DNA of 64,000 nucleotides from Nitrospirota bacterium. GTDB taxonomy: Bacteria > Nitrospirota > UBA9217. Shown one piece after another: positions 41,751 to 52,219 of the stretch (the stretch's first letter is position 1; every line of letters begins with the position of its first letter). A program made the position numbers and the translations under genes. The stretch is from NCBI GenBank assembly GCA_963845065.1, contig CAWJQQ010000006.1:352001-416000 (forward strand), read 5' to 3'. The notes under the pieces were generated by a model, which was not told the origin of the DNA, did no database searches, and was given only the letters and a program-made list of their open reading frames with translations.

Positions 41751-42926
41751 CTACATGGCTTTCAATCGTTCTATCTCTTCTTTGATTTTTTGCTCGGCCA
41801 GCTGTGGAATCACTTCCCAAACAATTTTCTCGATCACGTCTCTCGCTATGTCCCGGACGATCTTCGATATGACTTCCTCGATCCCTCTCCGGACAGTTTC
41901 GTCCGATATCTTTGGAAGAGGAGGAGGCATATCTCTAAACACATCCTGCGCCATCTTCGACATAATTTTTTCGGCTATGCCGCGCAGTTCGCTCTCGGGC
42001 AAGACCTTGGGTGCCGGGGCTGGTACGTTTTCGATTGCTTCTTTTACCGCCTTTGAAACAGTTGCTTCGACGATGCTCCGCACCTTATCTTCGGTGATCT
42101 GCGGCGGCACCGGTGTTATTGGCGTCTGAAGGGCTAAAACGACGGGCGCGAGCGGCTTTTGTTCATGGGGAATGGTGGCCTTTGGGGCAGATTCCATGGC
42201 TAAATCAAATGCCTCAAGGGGAACAGTCTCTGGCTCCGTCAGTAGCTCGTTCAATCCCAAGCCGACACGCATTTCTTCTACGGCCTTGTCGCCGACAGGC
42301 AATACCGTGGAACGCTCACGCGGGGCTGTTTCTTCCACTTCTTCTACTTCAGGTTCAACTTCATATATCGACTCTTCTTCGTTGGAAAGCATTGCTGCCT
42401 GCTTGAATTCGGCCTCTGTAGGCGCTTCATTGATGATTTCAAAAATGTCCGATGGTGCGGCCTGTCTTGGTTTTGCAATTGGCGACGTTACAGGTGCTGC
42501 CGAACTGTAAGCTGGCGTGGTGGCCTGCTTGGAAATGACCGGTTTTGGATGCTGGGGTGCCTCGGCGAGCGCCTTTTTGACCTTGCCAATAAGTTCCTGT
42601 GACTCAAAAGGTTTGGCAATGTAGTCGAGAATTCTCCCCTGCTTCCCTTTTGCAGAGTCATATACATCGTCTCTACTCATCATGAGAATGACGGGGGTAG
42701 AAGAAAGCTGTGGGATATGTTTAAGTCGTTCAGCAAAACTATAGCCGTCGATTCGCGGAAGGTCCACATCAACCAGTACCAGGTCGGGCACGACTCGTGA
42801 TGCTTCATGGATGGCGGTATCTCCGTCGCTCACACAGGTTACCTCGTAATCTTTTCCTGAAAAAAGCATCTCAACCACCTTCTGAATGGTTATGCTTTTA
42901 TCAGCTAATAATATCTTAACTGGCAT
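41751..42926 (-). CDS. romR: RomR-like response regulator (receiver, Pro/Glu-rich linker, conserved C-terminal helix)
   Basis: KILLADKSITIQKVVE receiver; C-terminus RDVIEKIVWEVIPQLAEQKIKEEIERLK resembles the RomR C-terminal motif; next to valS. Confidence 0.75.
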   Translation of the reverse strand: MPVKILLADKSITIQKVVEMLFSGKDYEVTCVSDGDTAIHEASRVVPDLVLVDVDLPRIDGYSFAERLKHIPQLSSTPVILMMSRDDVYDSAKGKQGRILDYIAKPFESQELIGKVKKALAEAPQHPKPVISKQATTPAYSSAAPVTSPIAKPRQAAPSDIFEIINEAPTEAEFKQAAMLSNEEESIYEVEPEVEEVEETAPRERSTVLPVGDKAVEEMRVGLGLNELLTEPETVPLEAFDLAMESAPKATIPHEQKPLAPVVLALQTPITPVPPQITEDKVRSIVEATVSKAVKEAIENVPAPAPKVLPESELRGIAEKIMSKMAQDVFRDMPPPLPKISDETVRRGIEEVISKIVRDIARDVIEKIVWEVIPQLAEQKIKEEIERLKAM

Positions 42927-43353
42927 ATAGCAACCTTTCGAAATCGAGGATAACGATATCTTGCTCGTCTTCGACTACGATCCCTTTCATGAATTTCGTC
43001 TCGATGTCCCTCGACTTTTCGGGGGCCTTGGTTGGATCCTCCAACTTCGCCATCTTGACAACGCTGTCCACGATAACGCCGAAGAGAACACCATTCTCTT
43101 CTAGCAGGATGATGCTCTGACTCACTTCCGAGAGGTCTTTTTCTTCGGCGGTTCTCGGCTTGCTCATGCCGAGCCACTGTGCAAGATTGAAGACAGGGTA
43201 CACGACCCCGCGGTAATCAATCAGTCCTTCGACATAAAAGTAAGACTGCGGCACTGGCCGTGACCGGCGCCAGGGCACGATCTCGATCGCCCCACTAAGT
43301 CGTGCACCGAATAGTCTTCCCGACAGGAGAAATATCAAATAGCTGCGCGTCAT
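42916..43353 (-). CDS. cheW: CheW-like protein
   Basis: PVPQSYFYVEGLIDYRGVVYPVFNL..GVIVDSV..ILDFERL. Confidence 0.85.
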   Translation of the reverse strand: MTRSYLIFLLSGRLFGARLSGAIEIVPWRRSRPVPQSYFYVEGLIDYRGVVYPVFNLAQWLGMSKPRTAEEKDLSEVSQSIILLEENGVLFGVIVDSVVKMAKLEDPTKAPEKSRDIETKFMKGIVVEDEQDIVILDFERLLYAS

Positions 43354-43760
43354 GGCAGCAGCCCGTCTGCGTTCAGCAGAAGCACGAGGTTTTCTTTATG
43401 TCTCAGGATTCCATTGAAATACTGGAACCTGGGATTGATGACGCCCTTCGGCATCACGATAGGTTTCTGTTCGGTGTTCAGAATCTCGGTTACGGCATCG
43501 ACCAGTAGACCAACCATGCCCTTGACGCTTTTGATCACGAGAAGGGTCTCTCCAAGTGCACCGGTCAGTTTGAAGATTTTTTTAACGTTCAGAACAGGAA
43601 TCAGCGTGCCTCGAAATTCGACTTTCCCCTCAAACATTGCGGTCAGTGCCGGGTCTTGCTGAAGAGCGCGCGAAACCGTAATCTCCAGCAGTTTGGTTAT
43701 CGGGAGTGCATAACTCTCACCGCTAAGTGATAATATCAGAAAACGAGTCCTGTCGTCCAT
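43350..43760 (-). CDS. cheW: CheW-like protein
   Basis: GESYALPI..GKVEFRGTLIPVLN..GLLVDAVTEI. Confidence 0.85.
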   Translation of the reverse strand: MDDRTRFLILSLSGESYALPITKLLEITVSRALQQDPALTAMFEGKVEFRGTLIPVLNVKKIFKLTGALGETLLVIKSVKGMVGLLVDAVTEILNTEQKPIVMPKGVINPRFQYFNGILRHKENLVLLLNADGLLP

Positions 43761-43775
43761 AATGTTCTTTGGGGG

Positions 43776-46403
43776 TTAGGCCCGGCCTGCGAGGGTAGCA
43801 CCACTCAGCAGTTTTTTGAGCGCTCCAAGCATTTCCTGCTCTTCAAAAGGCTTTACCAGGTAATCTTGGGCGCCCATTTCTATGGCTTTCTGCCGATGTT
43901 TGTCTCCTGCTCGTGAGGTGAGAACAATGACAGGGATGTTAATAAGTTCTGGACTCTTCTTCATCTCGGCCATAAGGTCATAGCCGTGCATGACCGGCAT
44001 TTCGAGGTCCGTGATTACAGCATCAAATTTTAACCGACTCATGACATCGAGTGCCTCCATGCCGTCTGGAGCCACTTCAACCTCGTAACCCGTCCGGTCG
44101 AGAAAGCGCTGAACGTATTTGCGGATGCTAATGGAGTCATCAACCACAAGGACACGGGGCTTTCGCTTCGCAATTTCCGGCACGGACACGGACTCTGCTG
44201 AAGTCGCAATTACAGTGGCTTTGGTTGAGATCGCTGATTCATCGCCAAACAACGAGGCAATATTGATTATCAGCCGCACGTTGCCTTCGCCCGATATCGT
44301 GGCACCGGAAAAGAGTTTAACGCCTTTCAGGTAGTCGCCAAGAGATTTAACTACGATCTCTTCCCGTCCTTTAATTTCCTCTACCATCAGTGCCAATTTT
44401 TTCTCAGCCATGCCGAGGATCAACGTTGGGTGACGAAAAGTCTCGTCCTTTTTGGGGAACTTACCCACGCCGACCAGCTCGTTCAGCTTGACGAGACGGA
44501 GCAATGTCCCACGTAAGCTAACCATTTCCTCACCGGCGGCTCGTTGGATATCTTTGTACGAAAATCGTGTCGTTTCCTCAACAAGGTTCATAGGCACGGC
44601 GATTTCCTGGTCTTTGAGTTTTATAATCAGTGCCTGCGCAATAGCAAGCGTGAGAGGGAGCCTAATCACAAACTTCGTTCCCACGTTTTTTTCAGTCCGG
44701 ATCACGATCCTGCCATTGATCCGCGCGAGATGCGTTGAGACCACGTCCATGCCCACACCCCGGCCTGAAACTTTGCTGATTTTTGAAGCCGTGGAAAATC
44801 CTGGACGAAAGATCAGGTTGATCGATTCCGAATCCGTAAGCGACTGTGCCTCTGCCGCGCTCATAAACCCTTTGTCTACAGCCGTGTGCCTAAGCACGGC
44901 CGGGTCCATTCCACGGCCATCATCTTCGATCTCGATAATTATACTGTTTCCCTCATGCCGTGCCTTCATGATAAGCGAGCCCGTCGGATCCTTTCCAGCC
45001 GCTCTGCGTTCAGGAACCGTCTCAATACCGTGAGAAATCGCATTCCTGATCATGTGCATCAGCGGATCTGAAATGATCTCAAAGATCGTCTTGTCGATCT
45101 TGGTCTCCCCGCCCGAGACCACCATGTTTACCTTCTTGTTCTCTTCCTGGGCTATGTCGCGAACCGGCCTCTGGAACATCTGGTAAAGCTTGTCCACCTC
45201 GACCATACGGGCCATAGTGATTTCATCCTGCAGGTTCGTAGTAATCGTGGAGATGCGCGCCGTATCGAACTCAAACGAGTCGAAAAAACCCGCAAGCTGT
45301 GTCATGATCTCGTTGGTGTCGTTCGTAATTTCCGTTAGTTTTCGCGAGAGCAGGTTGAAGTCATCATACCGGTCGAATTCAAGCTCAAGAAAATCTGTTG
45401 ATGGCTCAGTAGCTTCCTGTTTCGCGCCTGCAGACTCGATACTCAATGTATACTCGTATTTCTCTTCAAACTTTTTTATCTCATGTAGCAGACGGTTCTG
45501 GCTGAATTCAAGCTCTTCCCGTAACGCCTTGATTAGGTCGACCTGACGAGCAAGCCGGTTGCGATTAACGATCATTTCACCCACAAGGTTCATGAGATTA
45601 TCGAGCCGGTCGATATTGACTCGGATAAACTGTTTTTCTAGGTCGACTGCATCTTTAGCACGCCGCCCCGTTCCTCGTTTTTCCAGAATGCCAATCTTCT
45701 TGGCCTCTTCCAATTCCTGCCGAAGCGGGCCATCGGGCACTGCTGACGGAGTTGGGCTCGAAGCTGGCTGCTGAACACCTGATGAAGGAACAGATGTCCT
45801 CGGCGGTATGATTGCTTGTTGCGAATTTGCCGGTTCTTCGGGAAGTGGTTCGAAAGTTCGGAGGTTTTCACTGTCGACTTCGAAGGTCTTTTCCCAATCA
45901 AGATCGAGATCGGCATCGTGTTCGTGATCCGCTGCAACTGGGATCGGCTCCTGGGAAACGCCGAATGGCTCGTCTTCCTTGGACGATGTAGTAGATGCTA
46001 TCTTTATAATGCTCTCAACAACATCCTTATAGGCCCGGCCTATGCTTTCTACAACAAGGGGATCTTCCGACTGGTTGTTTGCTACGCCGTCCACCATGAC
46101 TTTAACAGCGTCAACGCTATCAAAGAGAAAATTCAGAGTTTCTTTGCAAATAGGAATGGTGCCCGAGCGAAACTGGCTGAGCATGTCTTCGGCCTTATGG
46201 GCCACATCACTAACTCCCTGAAATCCCATCATGGCCGCTGAACCTTTGAGCGTGTGTGCAGCCCGGAAAAGCTCATCGATCATGGCGGTGTCGTTCGAGT
46301 CCTTCTCAAGAGACAAGAGTCCCTTGTTCAGGTTTTGAAGATGCTCACCAGCCTCGACAAGAAAAAACTCGATGATGCCTGATTTATCTAAAGGACCTGC
46401 CAT
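43776..46403 (-). CDS. cheA: Hybrid CheA-CheY histidine kinase (ChpA/PilL-like)
   Basis: Hpt LFRAAHTLKGSA, LELEFDRYDD, HMIRNAISHGIE, SGRGVGMDVV, CheW domain, C-terminal receiver VVDDSISIR..TDLEMP..KPF. Confidence 0.93.
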   Translation of the reverse strand: MAGPLDKSGIIEFFLVEAGEHLQNLNKGLLSLEKDSNDTAMIDELFRAAHTLKGSAAMMGFQGVSDVAHKAEDMLSQFRSGTIPICKETLNFLFDSVDAVKVMVDGVANNQSEDPLVVESIGRAYKDVVESIIKIASTTSSKEDEPFGVSQEPIPVAADHEHDADLDLDWEKTFEVDSENLRTFEPLPEEPANSQQAIIPPRTSVPSSGVQQPASSPTPSAVPDGPLRQELEEAKKIGILEKRGTGRRAKDAVDLEKQFIRVNIDRLDNLMNLVGEMIVNRNRLARQVDLIKALREELEFSQNRLLHEIKKFEEKYEYTLSIESAGAKQEATEPSTDFLELEFDRYDDFNLLSRKLTEITNDTNEIMTQLAGFFDSFEFDTARISTITTNLQDEITMARMVEVDKLYQMFQRPVRDIAQEENKKVNMVVSGGETKIDKTIFEIISDPLMHMIRNAISHGIETVPERRAAGKDPTGSLIMKARHEGNSIIIEIEDDGRGMDPAVLRHTAVDKGFMSAAEAQSLTDSESINLIFRPGFSTASKISKVSGRGVGMDVVSTHLARINGRIVIRTEKNVGTKFVIRLPLTLAIAQALIIKLKDQEIAVPMNLVEETTRFSYKDIQRAAGEEMVSLRGTLLRLVKLNELVGVGKFPKKDETFRHPTLILGMAEKKLALMVEEIKGREEIVVKSLGDYLKGVKLFSGATISGEGNVRLIINIASLFGDESAISTKATVIATSAESVSVPEIAKRKPRVLVVDDSISIRKYVQRFLDRTGYEVEVAPDGMEALDVMSRLKFDAVITDLEMPVMHGYDLMAEMKKSPELINIPVIVLTSRAGDKHRQKAIEMGAQDYLVKPFEEQEMLGALKKLLSGATLAGRA

Positions 46404-46408
46404 ATGGC

Positions 46409-48274
46409 TTATTCGATAAACCCGAGCTTTATTTCCTCATCACTCGTGGTCACATTTTCCGTAACTGGTGGATACCCGTCAAGCACTGGAAGCGGTGTCT
46501 CCGTCTGCTCAACAGCATGCGCCTTGCCGATCTTAAACCTGTTAATGGCTTCGTTTAGCCGTTTGGTAAGATCTGCAAGGTTGTTGATGGTTGCAACCGT
46601 GTCCTGAACACCGAGGGTTGTTTCCTGGGTCAAATTGGAAATAGTGTCCATGGTTTTCACCACGCTCGAAGTCGACTGCACCTGGTCAGCGGCTGCCCGG
46701 GTAATGTCCGTCATAAGGGTAGCGCTCTGTTTAACGATCTGTTCAATTTCTCTGAGCGCAGCGCCGGCCTGGTCGGCAAGCTTGGTGCCTTCCTCCACCT
46801 CGCGAGTACCCTCTTCCATGACCGTCACGGCTTCACTTGTTTCTACCTGAATGCCCTTGATCAGGCCCGTAATATCTTTCGTAGCGCGAGCGGCACGTTC
46901 CGCTAGTTTTCTCACTTCGTCAGCGACCACAGCAAAACCTCTGCCCTGCTCGCCTGCACGCGCGGCTTCAATTGCGGCATTCAAGGCGAGAAGGTTTGTC
47001 TGCGTCGCAATTTCATTGATCACTTCTATGATGGCTCCGATTTCCAGGGAACGCTCACCGAGGCCTTTAATTTTCTTTCCCGTTGACTGCACCGTCGCGC
47101 GGATTCGTTGCATACCCTTTATCGTTTCCGTCACGGCTGCGCCACCTATGACGGCAGCCTGAGTCGCCTTCACCGAGGTCTGCGTAGCAGCCTCGGCGTT
47201 CTCGGCCATGCGTTGGGTCGTACGGGACATGGCATTCACAGCTTCAGAAGCGTTCCGGATCTGCGATGCCTGCTGTTCGGCACCCATGCGCATACTATCG
47301 GCTGAACGTAGAATGTCGCCAGCGGACCGTTGAATTTCGGTGGCCACATTGCTTGCATGGGTCACGAGTGTGGTAAGACCAGTGATCATGAGGTTGAAGG
47401 CGTCAGCAACGGATCCTAGTGCGTCAGCTGTCACTTCTGCCTTGATTGTGAGATCCCCTTCAGCAGCCGTACTCACGACCGAGAGCAAGTCCATAACCTG
47501 ATGCTGCATCTTATCCCGGTCGTACTCAGTCTGGACAAGACCTTGGAGCCTGTCGATCGTCCGGTTCAACGTGTCACCGAGCTGGCCCAGTTCGTCAGCG
47601 GTCTTCACGATTGCCTTTTTCGACAGATCGCCTCGGCCGAGGGCTTCTGCAACTCTCATGAGGTCCCTCACCGGGGCAATCGTAATGGCTGTAAGGATCA
47701 GAGTCAATATGGATAGCATGATAAGCGCAACGACGCCGACGCCCATGATGACCAAGAGAAGGTTCCTAATATTGGTCTTGATGAGAGTCATATTGAGGCC
47801 CACGTGCACCGTGCCCAATGTTCCTCCGGCGATGGGTGATGCAATATCAATAACTTCGATAGCGCTGCCTTTGAAAGTAATAACTGCGGGTTGGGTCCCA
47901 TAGGGCTCTCCCGGCTTCAGGATATTTATGTTCTGCAGCGGTCCCGGTATTATGTTTCCCTCGAAAGAGGATGACAACGCCCGTCCCCTCCCATCACGAA
48001 TAAAGCAATACGCCACATCTGGCTGGCTGATGGCCTCACCTTGGATTAATTGAAGAGCGTTGAGGTCTTCAACCTGAACTGGTTCAACAGCTTTAACGCC
48101 GAGTCCTTCGGCTACGATTTGCGTTTTCTTGATCGCTTCGTCTCTCAGGGTGTTCTGGATCTCGAGATAGGTGAACGCCAATATGCCTGCTCCAAAGATC
48201 GCCGACATGCTGACGATCATTAGGACAATTTTTGTTCTTATACTCATCCGGTAGAATGGGTTCCACATCTTCAT
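46409..48274 (-). CDS. PilJ-like methyl-accepting chemotaxis protein
   Basis: Two TMs, tandem HAMP ([22 protein letters not shown]), [36 protein letters not shown]. Confidence 0.92.
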   Translation of the reverse strand: MKMWNPFYRMSIRTKIVLMIVSMSAIFGAGILAFTYLEIQNTLRDEAIKKTQIVAEGLGVKAVEPVQVEDLNALQLIQGEAISQPDVAYCFIRDGRGRALSSSFEGNIIPGPLQNINILKPGEPYGTQPAVITFKGSAIEVIDIASPIAGGTLGTVHVGLNMTLIKTNIRNLLLVIMGVGVVALIMLSILTLILTAITIAPVRDLMRVAEALGRGDLSKKAIVKTADELGQLGDTLNRTIDRLQGLVQTEYDRDKMQHQVMDLLSVVSTAAEGDLTIKAEVTADALGSVADAFNLMITGLTTLVTHASNVATEIQRSAGDILRSADSMRMGAEQQASQIRNASEAVNAMSRTTQRMAENAEAATQTSVKATQAAVIGGAAVTETIKGMQRIRATVQSTGKKIKGLGERSLEIGAIIEVINEIATQTNLLALNAAIEAARAGEQGRGFAVVADEVRKLAERAARATKDITGLIKGIQVETSEAVTVMEEGTREVEEGTKLADQAGAALREIEQIVKQSATLMTDITRAAADQVQSTSSVVKTMDTISNLTQETTLGVQDTVATINNLADLTKRLNEAINRFKIGKAHAVEQTETPLPVLDGYPPVTENVTTSDEEIKLGFIE

Positions 48275-48359
48275 AGCTCTGCTCCTTTAAAAAAGAGTAT
48301 CTTATTTTTCACCTTACGACTGTATTTAGCTGCGCGGCGTCATTTCCTGCCTGATGCAA

Positions 48360-48857
48360 TCATGTGAGCTTTATATCATCCAATACTCGCTCGATGTTCA
48401 GAAGAGCGACCACTCCCGTTTCTCTTTGGATGATACCTTTGAAAAAACGACTGCGGCTCTTGACGCCGGACAGCGGCCCTCCCGAATCTGCCGGAATCGC
48501 CTGTATGCTGTTTTCGTTCACCGCTACCACTGCAGTAACATTATCAACAGATATCCCGAGCAGAATAGCGCCATGTTTAATGATAGCAATCTGACCGAGC
48601 GCTGACTGCTGCGGCAGGGATAGCGCCGGGCGGATGTCAACAATGGGAACAATGCTGCCTCGCAGGTTTATAACGCCCAGTACATGAGATGGGGTTGTCG
48701 GGATAGGAAAGATTTTCTGAGGAATGATGATCTCCAGCAGCAACTCGACCGGAATAGCATAGGTATCTTCGCCTATGCTGAAGAGGCAAATTCGAGTTTC
48801 CTCCTCCTGCATTACATCTATCACTTCTGCGGTGACGTCGTTGTCGAATTCGGCCAA
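48360..48857 (-). CDS. cheW: CheW (PilI-like)
   Basis: PIPTTPSHVLGVINLRGSIVPIVD..GISVDNV. Confidence 0.88.
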   Translation of the reverse strand: MAEFDNDVTAEVIDVMQEEETRICLFSIGEDTYAIPVELLLEIIIPQKIFPIPTTPSHVLGVINLRGSIVPIVDIRPALSLPQQSALGQIAIIKHGAILLGISVDNVTAVVAVNENSIQAIPADSGGPLSGVKSRSRFFKGIIQRETGVVALLNIERVLDDIKLT

Positions 48858-48876
48858 ACAGGCCCCCCTCCTGAGA

Positions 48877-49236
48877 TCAGATGTATTTTTTAACCGCCTT
48901 CAGCAGATCTTCGGGCTTGAATGGCTTGGTTAAATACTCATCCGCCCCCTGTTTCATACCCCAAAACTTATCGCTCTCCTGATCCTTTGATGTTACCATA
49001 ATAACAGGAATATTTTTATACTTATCATTGGTTTTTATATCTCTGCAGACCTGAAACCCATTTTTTTTGGGCATGATTACATCCAGGATAACAAGGTCGA
49101 TTTTTTCAGCCTTCACCTTCTCTTCAGCGGCTTCACCGTCCATGACTGTTACGATAGTATGGCCCATAGACGAAAGCGCTTGCTGAAAAATCTGAAGCTC
49201 CGCCAAACTGTCATCGGCAATGAGAATTTTGGCCAT
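48877..49236 (-). CDS. pilH: PilH-like single-domain response regulator
   Basis: MAKILIADDS..LDVIMPKKNGFQVCR..TSKDQESDKFWGMKQGADEYLTKP. Confidence 0.8.
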   Translation of the reverse strand: MAKILIADDSLAELQIFQQALSSMGHTIVTVMDGEAAEEKVKAEKIDLVILDVIMPKKNGFQVCRDIKTNDKYKNIPVIMVTSKDQESDKFWGMKQGADEYLTKPFKPEDLLKAVKKYI

Positions 49237-49271
49237 TCTAGTCTCCTTTTTCCCTATGTAACAGATATTGA

Positions 49272-49300
49272 AAATTAACACAACTCTTTGGTAGTGTCAA
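49272..49300 (-). promoter_or_regulatory. Putative internal sigma-70 promoter of the pilH-like gene
   Basis: Minus strand TTGACA-N17-TAATTT with TG extension. Confidence 0.5.
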
Positions 49301-49328
49301 GTTTTCTTTTGATTTTCTTTACGTTAGA

Positions 49329-50725
49329 TGATAACCGCCAGGACATCGTGCACAAGAAAAACCGTCACGACATCGTGCAATCGCAACTCTGAAACTATTC
49401 GATCTTGCGATGCCGTGACTTGTGTCAACGGTCATCGCAGTTGATAATTGTATTCCTCGACCTGGACTGTATCCCGGAAAAGTTTCAACTTTTGTTCTTT
49501 GACATCGACAGTAGCCACAACGTATTCGTATTGGGTCTCCGGTGGGGCTGGGAACCTTTCTCCAAAGATATCTAATCGGCACTCGCTTCGAATGAACCGC
49601 ACGAGATGATAGTAACCTTCCTCCGGCTTGTCCAAGGGGTGCTTTGGAGCGTTACTCTTGCTCGGGAAGACCAATTTCTTCTCCATAGCGGCAAATGCCT
49701 TGAGCGGCGTTTTCCCTTTGAGTTTGCTGTAGCGATAGGTACTGTTGTGCCGATGCTCGAAGGCCAGAGACTCCTGCCGAAGCTGCGGCATTGACGACAT
49801 CATGATCTTGTCGAGAAACTTCTGCTGGTAATGGTCGTTGAACTTCTCGACGACACCGTTCCACCACGGTTCAGAAGGTGGAATAAACCAGAGCTGGACG
49901 CCGTAATCCAGGCAGAGACGAATAAGCGGCCCCATCCCTCGCGGATAGGCAGGACAACCGAAGAAAGCTATTTCGTTGTCCACTTGAAGATTCTCAGGAA
50001 GCCCCATACGCAGCCAGATGGCATAAACAGAGTCCAGAATGCTTTGCGCCGCTTTGGAGAGCATCGGCTCTATTCCGCACCGGTTGATTGCGACGTCAAT
50101 GGCATTCAGGCCGTAGAACCGGATCGGACCCTTAAGATAGCAGGGGCCGACCAAATCGAGCTGATGAGTTTGGTTGGGAAAATACGCCGGCAAAGTAGGA
50201 TATTTTTTTCCCTTCGGCGTATATCTTCCGGTTCGCCGGTGGGTCAATTCACGGCGGCATAAAATGCGCTCAATGGTGCGAGTGGAGGGCAGCGGCTGAA
50301 CGTTCATATCCTCCATCTCCCATCTGATGGCCTGGCCGCCACAGAAGAGGTCCTTATTGTACAAGCTCGATCGCACCAACTCAACGATCTGTTCAATCTC
50401 CGCAGGTGTTCGGTGGGGGCTGATGAGAGGCCGACGTGATAGCTCTTCATACCAGGTCGAATCGTCTGGAATGTGCCGTGTCAACCACTTGTACAGCCAG
50501 CGACGCGATCTACCCAGAGAAGCGCAGATGCTCTCCACGTCTTCTCCGGCGATATATCGTTGCACTGCAGATGCTCGTTCCTGCTGAATCTTTTTTTTCA
50601 TGAACACCCCCTATAAATTTAGTGGTGTTCATGATAGCGCTAAACGTGGCTACTCGATTGTCAAAGAGCGTTTGTGCACGATGTCGTGGCGGATAAATCA
50701 GTGCACGATGTATTGTCGGTTATCA
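49329..50725 (-). mobile_element. IS481-family-like insertion sequence, intact
   Basis: TG...CA ends; 25-bp imperfect TIR TGATAACCGCCAGGACATCGTGCAC / TGATAACCGACAATACATCGTGCAC; 6-bp TSD GTTAGA (49323-49328, 50726-50731). Confidence 0.9.
49432..50607 (-). CDS. DDE (rve integrase-core) transposase, IS481-like
   Basis: HTH SLGRSRRWLYKW; HQLD, QVDN, NGVVEKFN catalytic segments. Confidence 0.88.
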   Translation of the reverse strand: MFMKKKIQQERASAVQRYIAGEDVESICASLGRSRRWLYKWLTRHIPDDSTWYEELSRRPLISPHRTPAEIEQIVELVRSSLYNKDLFCGGQAIRWEMEDMNVQPLPSTRTIERILCRRELTHRRTGRYTPKGKKYPTLPAYFPNQTHQLDLVGPCYLKGPIRFYGLNAIDVAINRCGIEPMLSKAAQSILDSVYAIWLRMGLPENLQVDNEIAFFGCPAYPRGMGPLIRLCLDYGVQLWFIPPSEPWWNGVVEKFNDHYQQKFLDKIMMSSMPQLRQESLAFEHRHNSTYRYSKLKGKTPLKAFAAMEKKLVFPSKSNAPKHPLDKPEEGYYHLVRFIRSECRLDIFGERFPAPPETQYEYVVATVDVKEQKLKLFRDTVQVEEYNYQLR

Positions 50726-50768
50726 GTTAGATGTTAGTGTTAAGCAATCAACCCTTGTTGATATTACG

Positions 50769-52082
50769 TTATTTTTTTCTCCTGATTAAATTTACCGAGA
50801 GCAGGATAAACATGCTCTTCACTACTTCAAATTCTCCAATGCAGAGCGTGTCTATAATATTCTGAATCGTCCGCCTACCGTCGACATAGCGAAATACGCT
50901 GAGATCGATATCGCTCATACCACGCGTTGTAAGCTCTTCAGCATTGCTGATTATGGGTTCGAACACGATGTCGAAATTAGGAATCTTTTGCTGGATCAGG
51001 CTCCATTCGTCGGCTCGACGGGCGCCTTCTAGAAGGACATCGTCCACTTTCAGCTGTACTGGATTAGCAAACACAGGCGGTATCGCTTTTTCGAAAAAAA
51101 ACTCACCGTCTTTCCAAGCCATGATTTTATAAACAGCGGATTCCGTGTGCCGCTTGAGGCAGTCCGAAAAAGTCTTTGTATCAAGCAGTCTTTCCTGCAG
51201 AAGCACACGATCAACGGGCTGCGAGGTCATTTCCGCTATCCGTAGTACTTGCCGATAATTATCATCCTTCAACCCGCAAGTTTTTTTCAGTAAGCCCTCA
51301 AGCCAGGTTTTGTTTCCCGCAACGGTCGATGATGCAAATACAACGAATCCGTCCTTGAAATATACTTCTACTGCGTCGCCTGGTGAACGGCTGATAACGA
51401 GCCTGCCCGTCTGACGCTGCATACCGAGCATCTGAAGAACCTCTACAATACGGACGCTCGCCAAGTTGCCCTGAATGCCAGCGCTTTCTACATGCTGCGG
51501 TTTTGCCAGTTCCTTCCTGATCAATTCCGGCAACGTGGTCTTTAAAAACTCAGCAAGAACCTGATCTACAATAGTGCGCACGGTGGCCTCGATTCCTCCG
51601 CCCATTTGTGAAATATTGATATCCGAAGGTTGAAGTACTAAGGCCGCTCGCGATTCTCGAACGGGCACTCTCACCGACTCCTGGATGGGCAGCGGCTTCG
51701 CGATCTCCTGTTTCTTGTCGATCACTTCCCGTATTTTGGCTAGAAGCTCTTCTGGCTGAAATGGCTTGGTGAAGTATTCGGTAATGCCAAGAACATCGAC
51801 AAATTTGCTGCCAACCTTATCTCCCTTGGATGTAACGAGGATGATTGGCGTATCTTGGAACTCGGGATCTTCCTTAAGCGTCTTGCAGACTTGGAAGCCG
51901 TTCATCTTCGGCATGACGAAATCTACTAGGATCACCGCCGGACGCTCTTCTCGAGCCTTGACTATGCCCTCCTCCCCGTCTGATGCAAGAACAACCTGAT
52001 ATCCCTGCGAGGAGAGGATCATCTCGATGAGCCGCTGGACTGTCGGACTATCGTCAATATCGAGGATTTTTTCCCCAGCCAT
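50769..52082 (-). CDS. Receiver + DUF4388 (PATAN-like) protein, PilG/PatA-like
   Basis: ILDIDDSPTVQR..VDFVMPKMNGFQVC..KPF; QGNLASVRIVEVLQML..QTGRL..FKDGFVVFA..AWKDGEFFF..LLEGARRADE. Confidence 0.85.
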   Translation of the reverse strand: MAGEKILDIDDSPTVQRLIEMILSSQGYQVVLASDGEEGIVKAREERPAVILVDFVMPKMNGFQVCKTLKEDPEFQDTPIILVTSKGDKVGSKFVDVLGITEYFTKPFQPEELLAKIREVIDKKQEIAKPLPIQESVRVPVRESRAALVLQPSDINISQMGGGIEATVRTIVDQVLAEFLKTTLPELIRKELAKPQHVESAGIQGNLASVRIVEVLQMLGMQRQTGRLVISRSPGDAVEVYFKDGFVVFASSTVAGNKTWLEGLLKKTCGLKDDNYRQVLRIAEMTSQPVDRVLLQERLLDTKTFSDCLKRHTESAVYKIMAWKDGEFFFEKAIPPVFANPVQLKVDDVLLEGARRADEWSLIQQKIPNFDIVFEPIISNAEELTTRGMSDIDLSVFRYVDGRRTIQNIIDTLCIGEFEVVKSMFILLSVNLIRRKK

Positions 52083-52219
52083 CAATACCCCCAAACTGCA
52101 AACTTGTGAATACTAACATGGTATAAAAGCCATTGTCAACAGCATAAGCCTTGCGCTTAAAGAAAAAGGGTCAGATGCTGCTCGCTACGGCTGGGAATTA
52201 GGATCAATTGCACGGAGTG

